DNA from: Eledone cirrhosa | Lineage: Eukaryota | Reading direction: 5' to 3' | DNA length: 64,000 bases | NCBI GenBank assembly: GCA_964016885.1 | Contig: OZ024745.1 | Location: 26,412,001-26,476,000, forward strand | Shown here: positions 13,797-29,299 of the stretch, in pieces | How positions within the stretch are numbered: position 1 is the stretch's first letter | Layout: the number at the start of each line of letters is the position of its first letter | The notes under the pieces: model-generated | Seen by the model: only the letters and a program-made list of their open reading frames with translations | The model's database searches: none | What the model was told of the DNA's origin: nothing | Translations under genes and position numbers: made by a program

Positions 13797-14162
13797 TACC
13801 CCCGACTTTCGCGGTCCCGGCAACCTTATCCCGGTGATTCGTGAAATTTTCCTTAGGACATAATTAATAAATGCTCGTGGAAACCAAGGCATACTCGCGG
13901 ATTCGTAAATATCTTCTGCGATATTTGTATGGCTTTTTGGTGGTAACACATATTTTTTTCAGGCTAAATTATTAATAAAAATATACCTTATTTGCCGGCC
14001 TATTGCAGGCCCCGTCGCATAAGTCGCTCCTCTATTTTATTATATTTTACGTTATATTTTGACGTTATAGGCATTTTTATGGACCACGTCTAATATTAGC
14101 AGGTTTTCACTTTTCGCGTGTGCTCTAGGAACATAAATCCCGCGAATACCGGTGTGTACAAC

Positions 14163-14165
<3 letters not shown>
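13792..14165. mobile_element. Tigger/pogo-like MITE with imperfect TIRs, in a TA context
   Basis: 5' end tagtgtacccccgactttcgcgg versus reverse complement of the 3' end acagttgtacacaccggtattcgcgg; CAGT-type ends; no ORF. Confidence 0.55.
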
Positions 14166-14231
<66 letters not shown>

Positions 14232-14330
14232 TTATATATACATATACATATACATTTATATATACACACACATATATATATATTTAAATATATGAGTTTC
14301 AATCCTACACACTTTCATATATATATATGT

Positions 14331-14379
<49 letters not shown>

Positions 14380-14548
14380 ATATATATATATTTATATATA
14401 CATATACATTTATATATACATTTATATATACACACACATATATATATATATAAATATATATATGTATGTGTGTGAGTGTATGTGTATATTAACTAAAAGT
14501 ATGTTGCAACAGTGAGTTCAATCCTACACACTTTCATATATATATATG

Positions 14549-14652
<104 letters not shown>

Positions 14653-15149
14653 TGCATATATATATGTACATGTACGATATGTATACGTTTGTAATAGGGT
14701 AAGATATATGAATATTTGCGTATGTATGTATTCTGTGAATAAGTGAACACCGAACGAACGATATTTATTCATGTGAAATAATATATATTTACATTTAACT
14801 GGCCGTTTGTCGTAATCTCCTTTGTTCGAGGGGGAGTAAAAGTGTATTTTACTTATATTTCTTGTCTAGTGAACTGTGCTTCAAAGTTACTTTCAAATTT
14901 ATTGATAGAACGGCGGGAATATACATAACCATCAAAGAGAAGTACCATCTAGGAGTATAATAATCTGAAGACACAAGAATAAAGACTCACTGAATAAGTA
15001 AATAGACGTAAATGCACAAAGAATCAACAACAAAGAAAAAAAGAATCAACTTATGTACATACGCGGGTGTATGTATGCCATTTACAGTATATATTAACTG
15101 TTTACAATATATAATAACTATTTGCAATATATATATATACATATATATA

Positions 15150-15196
<47 letters not shown>

Positions 15197-15220
15197 CGCC
15201 CGCATGATCTTACATTGTGT

Positions 15221-15253
<33 letters not shown>

Positions 15254-15494
15254 ATTATGCAGGCGTGTGTGTATATATATATTGCAAATAGTGGTTACCC
15301 TAACTATTTACAGATCATACACTCCACTTAATTTTCGAGTACTTACCTGAATGTTGTCTTACTAGTCTAAACAGTTATCTGCCAATTTCTCCCCCCCCCA
15401 CCTCACCCCTGTCTCTCTCTCTCTCTGTCCCTAACTCTCTCCCTCGCCCTCTCTCTCTCACTCCCTCTCTTTATATATAAAGCGAGAGAGATTA

Positions 15495-15560
15495 GTTGTT
15501 CGGATCTAGCTGTCGAAACAGCCGGAGCTCAGCCTTCGGGCTCCTTACTATTTTCATATA
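15495..15560 (+). mobile_element. Family C stub carrying a hammerhead 3'-half-like motif
   Basis: gttcggatctagctgtcGAAACagccggagctcagccttcggg; near-identical to 60570-60628. Confidence 0.55.
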
Positions 15561-16544
15561 TATATATATTTTGGGGGGTTGGTCTCGAGGCTTAAAACTA
15601 GGGGAATGAAAATCTGATTTTACAGGAGGTCAAGAAATAAGAGAATTCCAGTAGATCCCGGAAAGCAGTACAGCAAAGCCAACAAGGGCAGTTGACGAGG
15701 TACTCTCCAGAAAAATCATAGCTGGAAGGACTTGTGCCTTAAGGCGCTTATTAGAGTCAATTTCACATCAGATCTGTCTATGATTTCCTGCCCTCGAATA
15801 CGAATCTAGTGAACTGCGGAAAATCAGATAACCCCGAGTGCCCATTCCGCCAGGGTAGACAGACAGTGGAATCCGTTCTGAGCTCCTGCTGAGTAGTACT
15901 AGCCCAAGTGATTAAGGAGGTCGTAGATGCGATAAATACCGCAACAGTAAAATCCGTAGCCCTAGAATCTCCAACAACGTTCTATACGGTAATATCGTGT
16001 GTATATGTTTGATAAGGATTAAATAAATATATGGAAGAGAATGACTGTCATTCATTGAAATGAATCTAAAATTAAATACGGTGATGACTGGGGTGACAAT
16101 GTGGAAAATTGAGGAGACAAGCTCCTTTAGATAGAATTTTGTTTTCAAGGATTTATTAACTTAAATATTTTTTATATAAAACCCGTCATGTTTGACGCAT
16201 ATTATGCTATTGTATATATTTATCTGCACACATACGCACTCACCTCCTTCCCATCACACACACTCAAACAAACAAAAAATTAAAAACAACAAAATGCATA
16301 ATCACAGAATGCACCTCATCAACATACAGATATCTGAGCCCTTTTGAAAAGCAGTAATTTAACATTTCTTTTTCTTTTACTTCTATCTTCCTACTTTTAT
16401 TCCTCCCAATGAAGGACTAACGTCGGATATGTTTCAGCATTCCGTATCTTCTTACAAGTACGAAGCTAATAAGGCGCTATATAATTGTATCTCAAAGTGT
16501 GTCCCTTATAATCTCCACTGTTATATATAAATACATATATATAG

Positions 16545-16645
<101 letters not shown>

Positions 16646-17461
16646 ATTGCATATGTGTTTGATTGCATATGTGTGTGTGTTGAGTGTGTGTATTTTGTAT
16701 ATCTAATGGTTATATTGTGAATAAACATTTGAAAGCTTTTAGCTATGAATTTTTGAAGCTAGCGCCATCTAGCGAATTCCAGCAGAAGCAGAAGAGGGTA
16801 ACTACCGACGATCGTTTATATCTAGTGGCTGTTATCAAGGCAGTGCTTCCCCACTGTTGAAGTATTTTTGTAACTTTTCAAATATTCTTATATTTATCAC
16901 TAGTGTAATATTTATCAATGAAGTGCGTAAAATGTCATCAGCGCACATGCCATTAAGATTATGTTTTCCGTTACATAGCTCTTGTATTCCCAATAACAGT
17001 CACTAACTGTTCTTTTAGCTGTCATTTACTCCACTAATTATTACATAATGATTCATTTTCCACAGGCGCAAGTACCACTTATCTGTCCAACCCCTTTTCA
17101 AGCATGCGATACAAGTTAACTTTAATGTCTCCAACCAAGAATCGAAACTGTATGATGGGTTTTGCTTGCCATGAACTCAGTGCTAACAGCACAATGCTAG
17201 GCATTAAATAAGCATTTAATTTGCTTACTTTAACGAGACATGTTACGACTGTACCGGTTTCTATTTCAAATGAAAATCAAAATATCCGAATTATGAACCA
17301 TTCCGTCTACGAATTCTCTTAAATTTTAGTGGGTAACTGATACTGGATTAGATAAAAGAACAGTATGGCGCAAACTGATATAGTGAAAACATACATATAT
17401 AGATTGATAATATTACTGATTAATCTATATTGTATTTGGTAGTTTCTGAAATGTCAGCGAA

Positions 17462-17522
<61 letters not shown>

Positions 17523-17527
<5 letters not shown>

Positions 17528-17697
17528 AGGTTCAGGATCCCGACGGCAGAGCTCAAGCCGTTTCGACGGCTATTTCTGGAGTCCAGAAATAGCCGTCGGG
17601 GTCCTGAACCTTTTCCTATTACCCACTCTACTACCCAAAGTATCAAGTACTCTGGTGCGTTATGGTCCACCTGGTTCCTTAGCACACTTCCTTCATT
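17523..17697 (+). mobile_element. Family B fold-back element in (TA)n
   Basis: Hairpin gacggctatttctgga-g-tccagaaatagccgtc plus tail 'tattacccactctactaccc...ctggttccttagcacacttccttc' shared with 35468, 38898, 55644 and 60662. Confidence 0.85.
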
Positions 17698-17702
17698 ATA
17701 TA

Positions 17703-17777
<75 letters not shown>

Positions 17778-17928
17778 ATGTATGTATCTATGTATGTGTG
17801 TATGTATGTGTGTGTGTGTGTATGTATGTGTGTGTGTGCACGTGTGTGTGTATAGTGAAAAAGAAAGGGTTAGGAATTTAAAGAATTCTATACAAATCAT
17901 ATACAGAGAAAATAATAATAGAGTTGAA

Positions 17929-17975
<47 letters not shown>

Positions 17976-18660
17976 GCAAATGTACTGTACAAAGCGAAAG
18001 GAAAATTTGCATTTATACAATTACAAAAAAAAAACACACATTAGGTGCAATTTCAATTATATTATAGTTTATCCTATACGCACACACACATGCGCGTAAA
18101 CACCTACACACTGGCACACACACATACATATGTCTAAAATTGAATCAAATAAATTCAATGTAATAGTTCATTCTATACAATTACGTTTTCAAAACGTTTT
18201 TGGAAGATTTACAATTATTCCCAGAATAATATAAACTTTACATGTGGGGGATCATGATAATTATACAATTAACTATATATGAGATTACTAAACATAGGCC
18301 TTCAAAATATACAACTGATGATGAAACCAGATATATTTATCACAAAACTCCTAGTTAAGTTTCTAATGATATGACGTAAATTTACAGAGATGAAATTAAT
18401 TTAATTTTTTAACAATCCATAACTAATAATAGAAATATTTTAAAAGACAGATTGGGTAGGACTTATCAGAATGTGTACACGAGAAATACAATATAGTACA
18501 TATAGATGGAAATTCCTTGTCTAAGGATGGGGCTAATCATAATAATTGTGTCAAATATAAACACAAAGACACACTTTTCGTAGTTGGGTTTATAATTGTT
18601 TAAATTGACAACAGTATTTGATTGGTATTTAATTTATTGATCACTGGTTGAGGAAATATA

Positions 18661-18840
18661 ATTGTTTCTACGTTAGACACAAGGCCAGCAATTACTGGTA
18701 CTTTATTTTATCGACCCCGTAAGGATGAAAGGCAAAGTCAACCTCGGCGGGATTTGAACTCAGATCGTAAAGGGATGTAACTATGCTGGAAAGCATGGCG
18801 TCCGACCCTCTACCGATACTGCCAATCCACCGCCCTTTGA
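18661..18840 (-). mobile_element. tRNA-derived SINE with 18-bp target-site duplication
   Basis: TSD tggttgaggaaatataat at 18645-18662 and 18843-18860. Confidence 0.92.
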
Positions 18841-19411
18841 GGTGGTTGAGGAAATATAATGTTAATTTCAATGATTCAATCTCAATACATGAAAACACGC
18901 AAGAAAATATCACAGATATTTACCCAACGTGCTGATTATATTACGCAATGATGATTATAGTACACTGGTAAATACACGACTAATTAAAACTATAATTTAC
19001 TTAATTTGTCCATTCTGAAAAGATCAAAGGAAAGTTTGAATTCTCATCATTAATATCCGAAGAAAATGAAATGTCTTTTATCATGTTTCTTCTGATCAGG
19101 ACTGTTCTGGAACTGAACAACAGAAGCAACTATATTTCCGCAATTTTTCAACGGTTGAAATAAATTCAATGATATTCCTGCAACAATACTCCCACTGAAT
19201 TCCTCCGCATGAAGCAATTCATTACATATACGGTATCAAGGATACAAATGCAACATTTTGCCACTCCCCTTCGCGCTAAAATTGCATCATTTCTTTCTAC
19301 ATCAGAAGAGTCTTTAAATACCCTTTTTAAATTTGTTATACAATTCTATATCACATGGTTTAGTTATTAATCAAACTACTTATACAAACTGGTAAACGTT
19401 ATTTCATAGAT

Positions 19412-19630
19412 AGGGCGGTGAATTGGCAGTATCGGTAGAGGGTCGGACATGCTTTCCAGCATAGTTCCGTCTCTTTACGATCTGAGTTCAAATCCCACCG
19501 AGGTTAACTTTGCCTTTCATCCTTACGGGTTCGATAAAATAAAGTACCAGTCACGAACTGGGGTCGATTTAATCGACTTTCCCCTCCCCCAAAACTGCTG
19601 GTCTTGTGCTTATATAAGAAACCGTTATTT
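19412..19630 (+). mobile_element. tRNA-derived SINE, long-tail variant
   Basis: gggcggtgaattggcagtatcggtagagggtcggac...ctggggtcgatttaatcgactttcccctcccc... Confidence 0.9.
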
Positions 19631-20237
19631 CTTAGATAGATACATACATACATACATTAGTATGAAGAGATTGTGTGACATTCATGCTTTTTTAATCTGA
19701 AGTATTGATAAAAGTGAAATGAAACGCTTTTAGCCGGAAATTGAAACCAAATTTCTGTCTAGACGGAAATTTATCCCCACTCTGTGGAGCTTTCCACATC
19801 CCCCGTTCTAAAATACGTAAGCTTTTACTTTACTTCTGCATCAATTGTTACGTTTGTGCTGGTGTTGCTGGTAATATTGTTATAGTTGTTAGTGGTGGCG
19901 GGGTTGTTGATTACGAAGGGATTACGGTGTTGTAGTTTTAGGATAACTGTAGTCGTGATATGGGGTTTAGTAATAGCCAGGTGGATGTTGATTGGATAGA
20001 AACTGTAAAAGTGTGTTTTCGTTTTAATGGTTTGGGGCATGAATGAATTTTGTGTGACGTACCATTGTTAATAATAGTGATGTATTTGTGGTTAGTGTAG
20101 TTGTATTCCTGGTAGTACTAGTTGCGATTCATAATTTTGGTATTCATGGCAGTAATATTATTGGTGGTTGTAGTTTGTGTTTTATGTTGTTTTTGTGCCG
20201 TATTGTTTTTATATTTGTTTTGTATTGTTTTTTTATT

Positions 20238-20351
20238 CCTGTTGTTGTTGTTGTTGTTGTTTTCTTTCATTCAGATCTGTAATCCGAGTTTTTAGCAAAA
20301 CAACCGCAAATCCGTAAATGACGTATGGAGCATCTCCTGTGATATTGCTGC

Positions 20352-20385
<34 letters not shown>

Positions 20386-20387
20386 GC

Positions 20388-20420
<33 letters not shown>

Positions 20421-20697
20421 CGTCGTCGTCGTCGGCGGCGGCGGCGGTGGTGGCGGCGGCGGCGGTGGTGGTGGTGGTGGTGGTGGTGGTGGTGGTGATG
20501 TTGGTGGTGGTGTTGTTGGTGTTGGTGTTGTTGTTGTTGTTGTTATTGTTGTCGTTGTTGTTGTTGTTGTTGGTGTTGTTATGGTTGTTGTTGTCGATGT
20601 TGTTGTTGGTGGTGGTGTTGTTGGTGGTTTTCTCGTTGCGGGGCGTTTTCTTGTTGGTGTTGGTGTTGGTGGTGGTGGTGGCGATGGTGGTGGTCAT
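20238..20697. repeat. Compound trinucleotide repeat (GTT/GTC/GGC/GGT)
   Basis: In-phase runs grading GTT>GTC>GGC>GGT>GTT. Confidence 0.95.
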
Positions 20698-21024
20698 GCA
20701 GAAAAAAATAACGTCTAGCTACATATGCAACACCGGAAATAGATAATACCAACATTTTTTATCAATCAAAACCAAGATACAATGTCGATCATGTAGTATT
20801 CAGGAAATGTGACTATGACTTCATTATTCAACTCTTCTTTTTATCCTTTCCGCTGTAATAACCCTATTTTCGCCCTAAACACTTCCCTCGCATCATACTC
20901 CCACCATTTTCCTTCTTTCCTTTTTCCTCTTCTTTCCACAGTCACTACCCAACTTTCTCTCTCTTTCAACTCTTTGTATACATACCCGTTTCTCTCTTTC
21001 TCCCTTTATCTCTCCCTCGCTTTC

Positions 21025-21093
<69 letters not shown>

Positions 21094-21179
21094 AATTATA
21101 TATATATATATATATGTGTATGTATAATTATATATATATATGTATGTATAATTATATATATATATATATATGTATGTAT

Positions 21180-21213
<34 letters not shown>

Positions 21214-21246
21214 GTATAATTATATATATATATATATATGTATGTA

Positions 21247-21299
<53 letters not shown>

Positions 21300-21362
21300 G
21301 TATGTATAATTATATATATATATATATGTATAATTATATATATATATGTATGTATAATTATA

Positions 21363-21413
<51 letters not shown>

Positions 21414-21528
21414 TCAGACATACATATGTATATTTATATATGTGAGCGTGTGCGCGCTTGTTTCCTCTTCATTCATCTTTCTCATTTTCCATACGGCTCA
21501 TTCATGTGCTCACACACACACGCGCGCT

Positions 21529-21564
<36 letters not shown>

Positions 21565-21578
21565 TACACACACATACA

Positions 21579-21612
<34 letters not shown>

Positions 21613-21733
21613 TTTCTCCATTCTCTTAAAACTTAGAATGAAGTAACACGCGTTGTTGTATCCGAACATTTTATTTCAGGTGTCAGTGAGTAACCACTGA
21701 CCGAATTCCCAAATTTGGGGAGACGTGTTTTGT

Positions 21734-21801
<68 letters not shown>

Positions 21802-21860
21802 GTGCTACTATTAGTACTAAAACTAGTACTACTACTAGTATAACTACTACTACTACTGAT
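21734..21860. repeat. (CTA)n microsatellite
   Basis: Direct reading. Confidence 0.95.
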
Positions 21861-21896
21861 GGTGCTGCTACTGAGGATGATGGTGATGATGATGAT

Positions 21897-22115
21897 GGGG
21901 CAATGAATTAGCAGAATGGTTTGAGGTCGGATTAAACATCTGGTGGCATATGAACCGGCTCATTATATTATGAGTTCAAATCTCACGGTGTTCAACTTTG
22001 CCTTTGATACTTCACGTTGGAACGAAATGTACCAGACAATTACTGTGGTCAATTATAATCAACAAGTCTCACCCAAAGATTCCTGGCCCTTTGCCTGTGT
22101 TATAATCGATTATTA
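21897..22115 (+). mobile_element. Diverged SINE copy
   Basis: gagttcaaatctcacggtgttcaactttgcctttgat...ctggccctttgcct. Confidence 0.6.
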
Positions 22116-22931
22116 GAGGTAGTTGATCGAGAAAAAATCATTTCATAATTAATCTTGTCTACTTTCATAAATAATTATTGCTGTGGTTAACATATTCCTC
22201 TTTACTGTCCTTGCTCTTGTTTTTGGTGTTCTGTGTATGTATGTGCCTTTCTGGGTGTAGGTGTTTGTCTCTGTATGTGTGTGATTCTGTAAATCTGCGT
22301 GTGTCAGTGTGTGTTTGTGTGCGTGCGTGCGTTATTATTATTATTATTGTTGTTGTTGTTGTTGTTGTTGATGATGTTGTTGTTATTACTATATGGACTG
22401 CTGCTGTTTCTGTTGTTGTTGGCTTCGTCATTGATGGATATATAACTTACACTCGACTGATTCCCTTCTACAGGAGACGTCGTGAGGGCCCCCTTTACCC
22501 CACACCAACAACACTTGTTATAACCAGACTAGCGCTGTTTCCGTAATCCGGTTCTGTAGCCGGTCGCACAACTTCTGAGGGAGGTGATTTTAATGATACA
22601 ATGAAGTAAAGCAAAAACTGGAAACCCTTTTGTATATATGATTAAGGGCCTTGTGCTTCCACATGACGCGTTCTATCAACAAAAGGTTGCCGGATTTAGT
22701 CTCAGTACTCATTTTATGGTTCATTCGGGTTCAAATACACATATACACATATTCAGCTAGAGACATACATACACAAATAAAGCAGCAAACATTGTATATA
22801 CTTGTGTGTGCGAGTGCATATGTGTGCAAGTGTGCGTGCGTATGAGTGTGGTTCTAAGTACATACCCACCAACACATACACACACATGTACATACACGCA
22901 GACTCATACACAGACTCATACTACCACACAA

Positions 22932-22980
<49 letters not shown>

Positions 22981-24559
22981 CATATAGGTATGGATATATG
23001 TTTTTATACATACATTTGTTAGCGTCGTTATTTATCTATGTGTATCTGCATGTGAAGCGAATACGCGTGTGTGCAAAGGTGTGTAAAATATATATTTTAT
23101 TACTTCATTCTGGAGTCTGTCAATAGAGTTGTAGTGAATGTAGAGAGGGTAAGATAGCGATAGAGACAGTGGGTGAAAGAGAGAGGGGGAGAAAGAGAAA
23201 GAGGAAGAAATAGAAAGAGAGAGACAGAGTGAGATGGGTCTAGAGGAAAATAGAGAGAAATAAGAAGGGACTGTGTAAAGAAGCAAAGAGAGACAATGAC
23301 GGAAAGAGTGAGGGAGTTATATATAATGTTTAATGATGTGTTCAGATTAGAGATGGTGAAATGATCGGCAAGTGAAGAGAAATGCGCGAGTAGGAACCTA
23401 AAAGCGTGGAAACAAAGCCTTTTAGCTCTTCTCTGGCAAACATCCTGTCAGAAATTAAGTGACATTAGACATTAGACATTATATCCTCCTTCCCAGACAC
23501 ATTAACATTAGGCTTGTGTTCGCCTTCTTTTTTAAGAATAAAACCCCTTATAATAATGAGGCCTCTATCGAATGAAGTTGTCTAGGCTTTTATATTTTTA
23601 TACCCCCGTCACAAACAGACACACATGTATACATAAGCACACTCACATGAACAAATACACACCTGGACACATGCATATATGTTTTTACACACACATGAGA
23701 GAAAGAAAGAAAGAGCTAGGGACAGCGAAAGTGTGAGGCGGTTAAAGGGACAGCGGAAGAGAAAGATGGACAGAGAGAGAAGGACAGAATGGGAAAGAGA
23801 AGGAAAATAATGATATTTGCAGACATAAAATGCATATGTGTATACATGATTCTGTGCTATAAATGTATGTTTGTGTATGTGTTTGAGGATATGTGCCTGT
23901 ACAGATACATATATTTGAGTGGGCTTATATATAGTATTAATGACTAAATACATGCAGATTTGAGGGAGGTGTTCGTGTTTGTTATCCTCGGTTGGACTTC
24001 GTTCAGTGAGATAATATTGGATAGAGATGACACTTCAGTCTTACTGTACACTGGAAAACCTGTTTATGACTTGTGCCACGGTAACATGTGGCTAGTACAC
24101 ATTATTACGTAATAGTGGTGGTTCAAGTGGAAGATACACCTAGTACACTCTGTTAAGTCGTTGGTATTAGAAAGACCATCCATTAGTAAAATGCACTCAA
24201 AATATGGAATGTATAAACAAGATGCGGTCTCTACAACACGTACCGTAAGGTGAGAACCGGTGCAATACATGCCAGCTTGGAATGCGAGTGTGAAATGGTG
24301 ATGATTGTGATGATATATAGGGCTGTGAGTTCAATTTCTGGGCAATATGTCTACTATTTCTGGACCATATGTCTACACATGATGCTATATTTCACGTTGC
24401 TCCAGCTCACCCAGCTGGAGCAACAGAGCAAGGACACTCCGCCATTAATGCACAAGCTCAGAAAATCAATTTCCTAACAGTAATGTATCCAATAAAAACT
24501 AAAATGGCTCAAAAGAAAGGGCTTCAAATAATTTGGCTCACATACAAATACTAGTCAAA

Positions 24560-26480
24560 AATAATATTAACAATGAACCTCATTAAAATATGTAACATCA
24601 ACCTAAACAAACCGTGAACTAATGGAATTGTATTTAAAACCTTTATGGCTCAACATTTTATTGTTTATACCTTTAGAGCTCAGCATTTTATTCATTTCTC
24701 ATTCAAGAGCCCCTACTAAATAATTTGAACTTGTATAAAAGGAAATACACTGAATTCTCTTTTTTTATACCCAATACATGCTATCATGGAGCATCATGGT
24801 GTCTCACAGTGATTAAGTCGGAATTAATATTTAAATTAGACATAATACATAGGGACTGTAACACCATAGATATTGTGTATATGTTCATCAGAGAGATAGG
24901 CTCCAATTTAATAAATATTTATATTCCCCCCAAATCACAGTGATAATTACAAATATTAAAGATTTCTTAGACAAATCTAATCCACAAAGCAAAACACTAA
25001 TTTCAGGGGCTTTCAATGCACATCATCCATTTTGGTATACTAACATAAGAAAAAACACTATGAAAAAATGTATATATATCTAAGAAATTATGAATAAATA
25101 CAACTTCATTTTACATACAGACTCCTCTAATCCCCTACTTACTGACATTTTAATAACAGAACCTCAAAAATAGATCATTTGTGATCTACCCTCTCAGTCT
25201 CTACGTTTATATAAAACTGTAAATTAGACCATAATATGGATATAGGTTCGGATTATGCTACCAGTTTGTTTAATATTGAAATTCCTTTACACACTAACAA
25301 TTCCCAAACACACCAAATAAAGCCCATAGTAAGAAAATATCAATTTCACAAGACTGATTGAACTAAGTTTAGTAATTATCTAGAAGCAGAACTATCACCC
25401 CAAAACAAGTTTTACAATATCCAATTAGCTGAAGAACTAAAACTAGTTTACAAATATTTATCGACAAAATATAAGATACAATCTCTGCGAAAGTACCTTT
25501 TATTTATGTAAATCCGAATATAAATAACAATAATTAAGATAACTACAATAAGGCATGGTGGAGTGAAGAATTAAAACAACTAAGAAAAGAAATGATCCAA
25601 TCATTAAAAAAGGGGAAATACCATCCGACAGATTTCAAATATTAAAACTTCATAAAGAGTTAAAGAAAATGTTTAAAAAGCAAAAATGATTTCTGGTCTA
25701 GTAAAGCTAACCTGTTGTCTATGTGTGATATATAACTCAAGGATCAAACCTAAACTCTACAAAACAGGCCAAGAGCTATTAATACATGATCATAATAATA
25801 AGATCATCTCAAACACTTCCAAACTTGCAGAATCGTTTTTCTACAACATTTTTCATTTACAGAGTCTAATACTTACAAAGCTCCTACCCCTCTCACTCCA
25901 AATATAGATTTCCCTAGATCTACTAGTAGTTAAGGATGGGTTAAAAGAGGAAATGGTCACATATCCAGATGGAATATTTAATGTAATCATCAATGAAACA
26001 TGGAGTGCTAAACTTATTTGATAGTATAATTAAAATTTAACACCATCCAGAAATATTGAAATTTACCCATACGTTAGTAATACCAAATCCAAATAAGGAC
26101 AACTATCACTTTACCAGTATTATCATGTTTTCCAGGTGATATATACTTCCTCTAATATTACCACCAGCAAAAGTAATTAAATTATGCATAGCCCTATCAA
26201 CTGCAACTGAGTGGGAAAAAACAAAAAATGAAAAATGTAATCCCTCTGAGAAAATTGATTCCCTTCCATTATCCTAAATCTACTCATTATCAATGTGTTG
26301 AAAGATACTTAATGAATCAACTATTCATAACGCAAAAATTCATAAAGATCCAAGGCATTTGGTTACAATCTGACTTGAAATGGGAAACTCATCTCAAGCA
26401 CTCACTGAAAATAAATGACTTCAACATAGCATGGAGTAAACTTTATCTAAAACACTGCTAACAATTAAGAACCACGTGGA
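24560..26480 (+). pseudogene. Decayed APE-endonuclease LINE ORF2 (I/Jockey-like)
   Basis: Collinear motifs with stops and frameshifts: INIYIPP, LISGAFNAHHPFW (gDFNAHH.W), SKIDHL, DIGSDY, YQFHKTD*TKF, KAWWSEELKQLRK, and later IKIQGIWLQSDLKWETHL. Confidence 0.8.
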
Positions 26481-27412
26481 CCTGAGCTGACCAATAAAAT
26501 ACATATATCCGATATATCTAGCGGGATTAGGCTTTTTATATTTTATTGATCGAGGGAAAGTAACAAGCAGGAAATTTTGAGCAACAAAGGAAAGAATTAC
26601 CAGATATGGTATATTTATTTATTTATTTAATCTATTTAAACGTACGTATAGAACTAGTAAGTCATGACAGACTAGTGGAAATATCAAGTATTTCTTACAG
26701 TTAAGAAACAAAAAAGATATACAGGGTTAAGTGAATATAAAAATCAAAGTAAAATAAAATAAAACAGTTAATTAGGGAAAGCGAACGGGTTGCAGAAAGG
26801 CATAAAAAAGATAACGAAAAAAGGGGAAGCTGTAAAACTGCAAGAGGTCTCTGTTATTGAATCTGTTCGTAACCTCCATGTACCCAAATATATTGATTAT
26901 AGCTAGTAGATCTTTTACAATATATTGTATCTTCAATCTTGACATTCTTCTAATGGTCGGCTTAAAGGTGTCTTCTCCCTTAGTTTTTACATTGAATCAA
27001 ATAGTGCCACAAAGTTTCTTGTACGTCACTACACGAACATAGAAGCGATTCTTTACGACCAGTTCGTGATAAAAAGTAATTCAATGGTAAATGCCGAATT
27101 CGAATCCAGCATAGTCAATTTTTGGGGGGAGGGGTGCATTTCAAATGATTCACTAAAGTTTTTGCTTATCTACCTATTAGAAATTTCTATATTTGGCACA
27201 AGGTCAGCAACACTGGCAAATTAATGACAGATAATATTAGCAATTGAAAGACTGGGACATGGTTTCCTCGGACTGATCTTCTGTGGCCATAAACAAACTT
27301 AAATTGAAATGGTTGAAGATATACTTCATAAAAAATAGTTTTCGATATTTGAATGCGCAAGTGCGTATGTGTGTTTGTGTGTGTGCGAGTATGTGCGTGC
27401 GTGCGCGCGTAA

Positions 27413-27526
<114 letters not shown>

Positions 27527-28715
27527 CTATAGCAGTGTGTAGCAGCTTGTCTTATTTTGCATTTATCATTATTACCACTAACTAACTATCTATCAGTAGG
27601 TGGGTTGGTAAATAAACTGTTAGTTTCGGTCTAGCTGTCATATCAGATATACATGTATTCTCTCCACAAATAATCTACTATATTCACGAAAACTTTGTCT
27701 ATTTTTATTTTTTGGTAACTTAAAAAAAAAAAAATTAAAAATATCTATATGGTGTTGACGTTGAAGTTGGTGTTAGCGTTAGAGATGTGATTTGTGTTTG
27801 GTTGATGATGGTACGTGTATGTAGGTGAGAGAGAGAGAGAGTGTGTGTGTGTATCAGTGTGTCCGTGTGTGAGTAGGTGTATATACATGTGTGTGTGTGT
27901 GAGCGCGTTTGCAGGAAGGAGTCAACACTTTTTTTTTGTTCTTTTCATATTTAGTTTGTTTTTGTTTTGTTTATTTGTGATGTTTAATGTCAGTAACTTT
28001 CCATAAAGGAACAGTTATTGCTCTAGGATGGTTTAATCAAAACATTAAGCGACACAACATCAATTAGTGAAAGTGACTGACGACCGTCGGGTGCTGGGGG
28101 AAGGGTGTAGGGGGTATGTAGGTGAAGAAAGAAAAGGGAAAAAAGGTGTGTGGGGGGAAGGAAGAGGGTGGGACAAAGAAGTGGCGAAATAAAAAAAGAA
28201 TATTAGTGACTGGATAGTTTGGATTTCGGGGGGATGTTTGGCGATGGATGAGGGGTGTTTAGGAACATTGAGGAAGGTGAGGTAGGATGGAGAGGTATGG
28301 AGGTTGAAAGAAAGAGTCGAATTGAAGAATATTGTCAATCCCTTTCTGAAGCCTTCAACTCCTGACCGTTTGCCCATAATTTCTCCACACGTACACATGC
28401 ATACAGGTACACTACACAGACGCACACATATATCGATATACAAACATACACATGCGAGTTTATGCGTAGTTAGTTATATAAATATATACATAAACGGTGT
28501 TATCTGAAACAACTTGTTCGCACACACAATAGAACAGACACAGACACACACACAGATCCGCACACAGACACACACACAGATACACACACAGACACGCACA
28601 CAGACACGCACACAGATACACACACAGACAGACACAAAAATATATTCGTATACGCTCCCATTCATCTTCCTATCTATGTATCTAGTGGAGGTGCGAGAGT
28701 AATTACATATACATT

Positions 28716-28814
<99 letters not shown>

Positions 28815-29006
28815 CTGTGTCTGTGAGAGTATGTGAGAGGGAGTGTATATGCATAGCGCCGAAACATCTATGATCTGCAGTTAACAGCTGATGAAGGGGT
28901 TCTTCTCTTGTTTCGTCCATATTACCATCTTAAACTTTGTTTACAGTAACTACACAGCCCACTTCGTTTCTTGTAAATTTATAAATATGTATATATATAT
29001 ATACAC

Positions 29007-29171
<165 letters not shown>

Positions 29172-29207
29172 CATACATATATATATACATATATATATAT
29201 ATGCGTG

Positions 29208-29299
<92 letters not shown>

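Noticed and set aside
15575-16130. Possible L1/Tx1 ORF2 C-terminal remnant on the minus strand (FFWRV..LPL)
   Set aside because: A single weak motif with many stops; not enough to call.
20233-20746. Poly-N/T/A or poly-L/V ORFs
   Set aside because: Compound trinucleotide repeat open on both strands, with no flanking coding complexity.
28860-28920. CTGATGA at ~28888 (also 3151, 12283(-) and 35277) as hammerheads
   Set aside because: No properly placed GAAA-stem III-NUH with a closing stem I.
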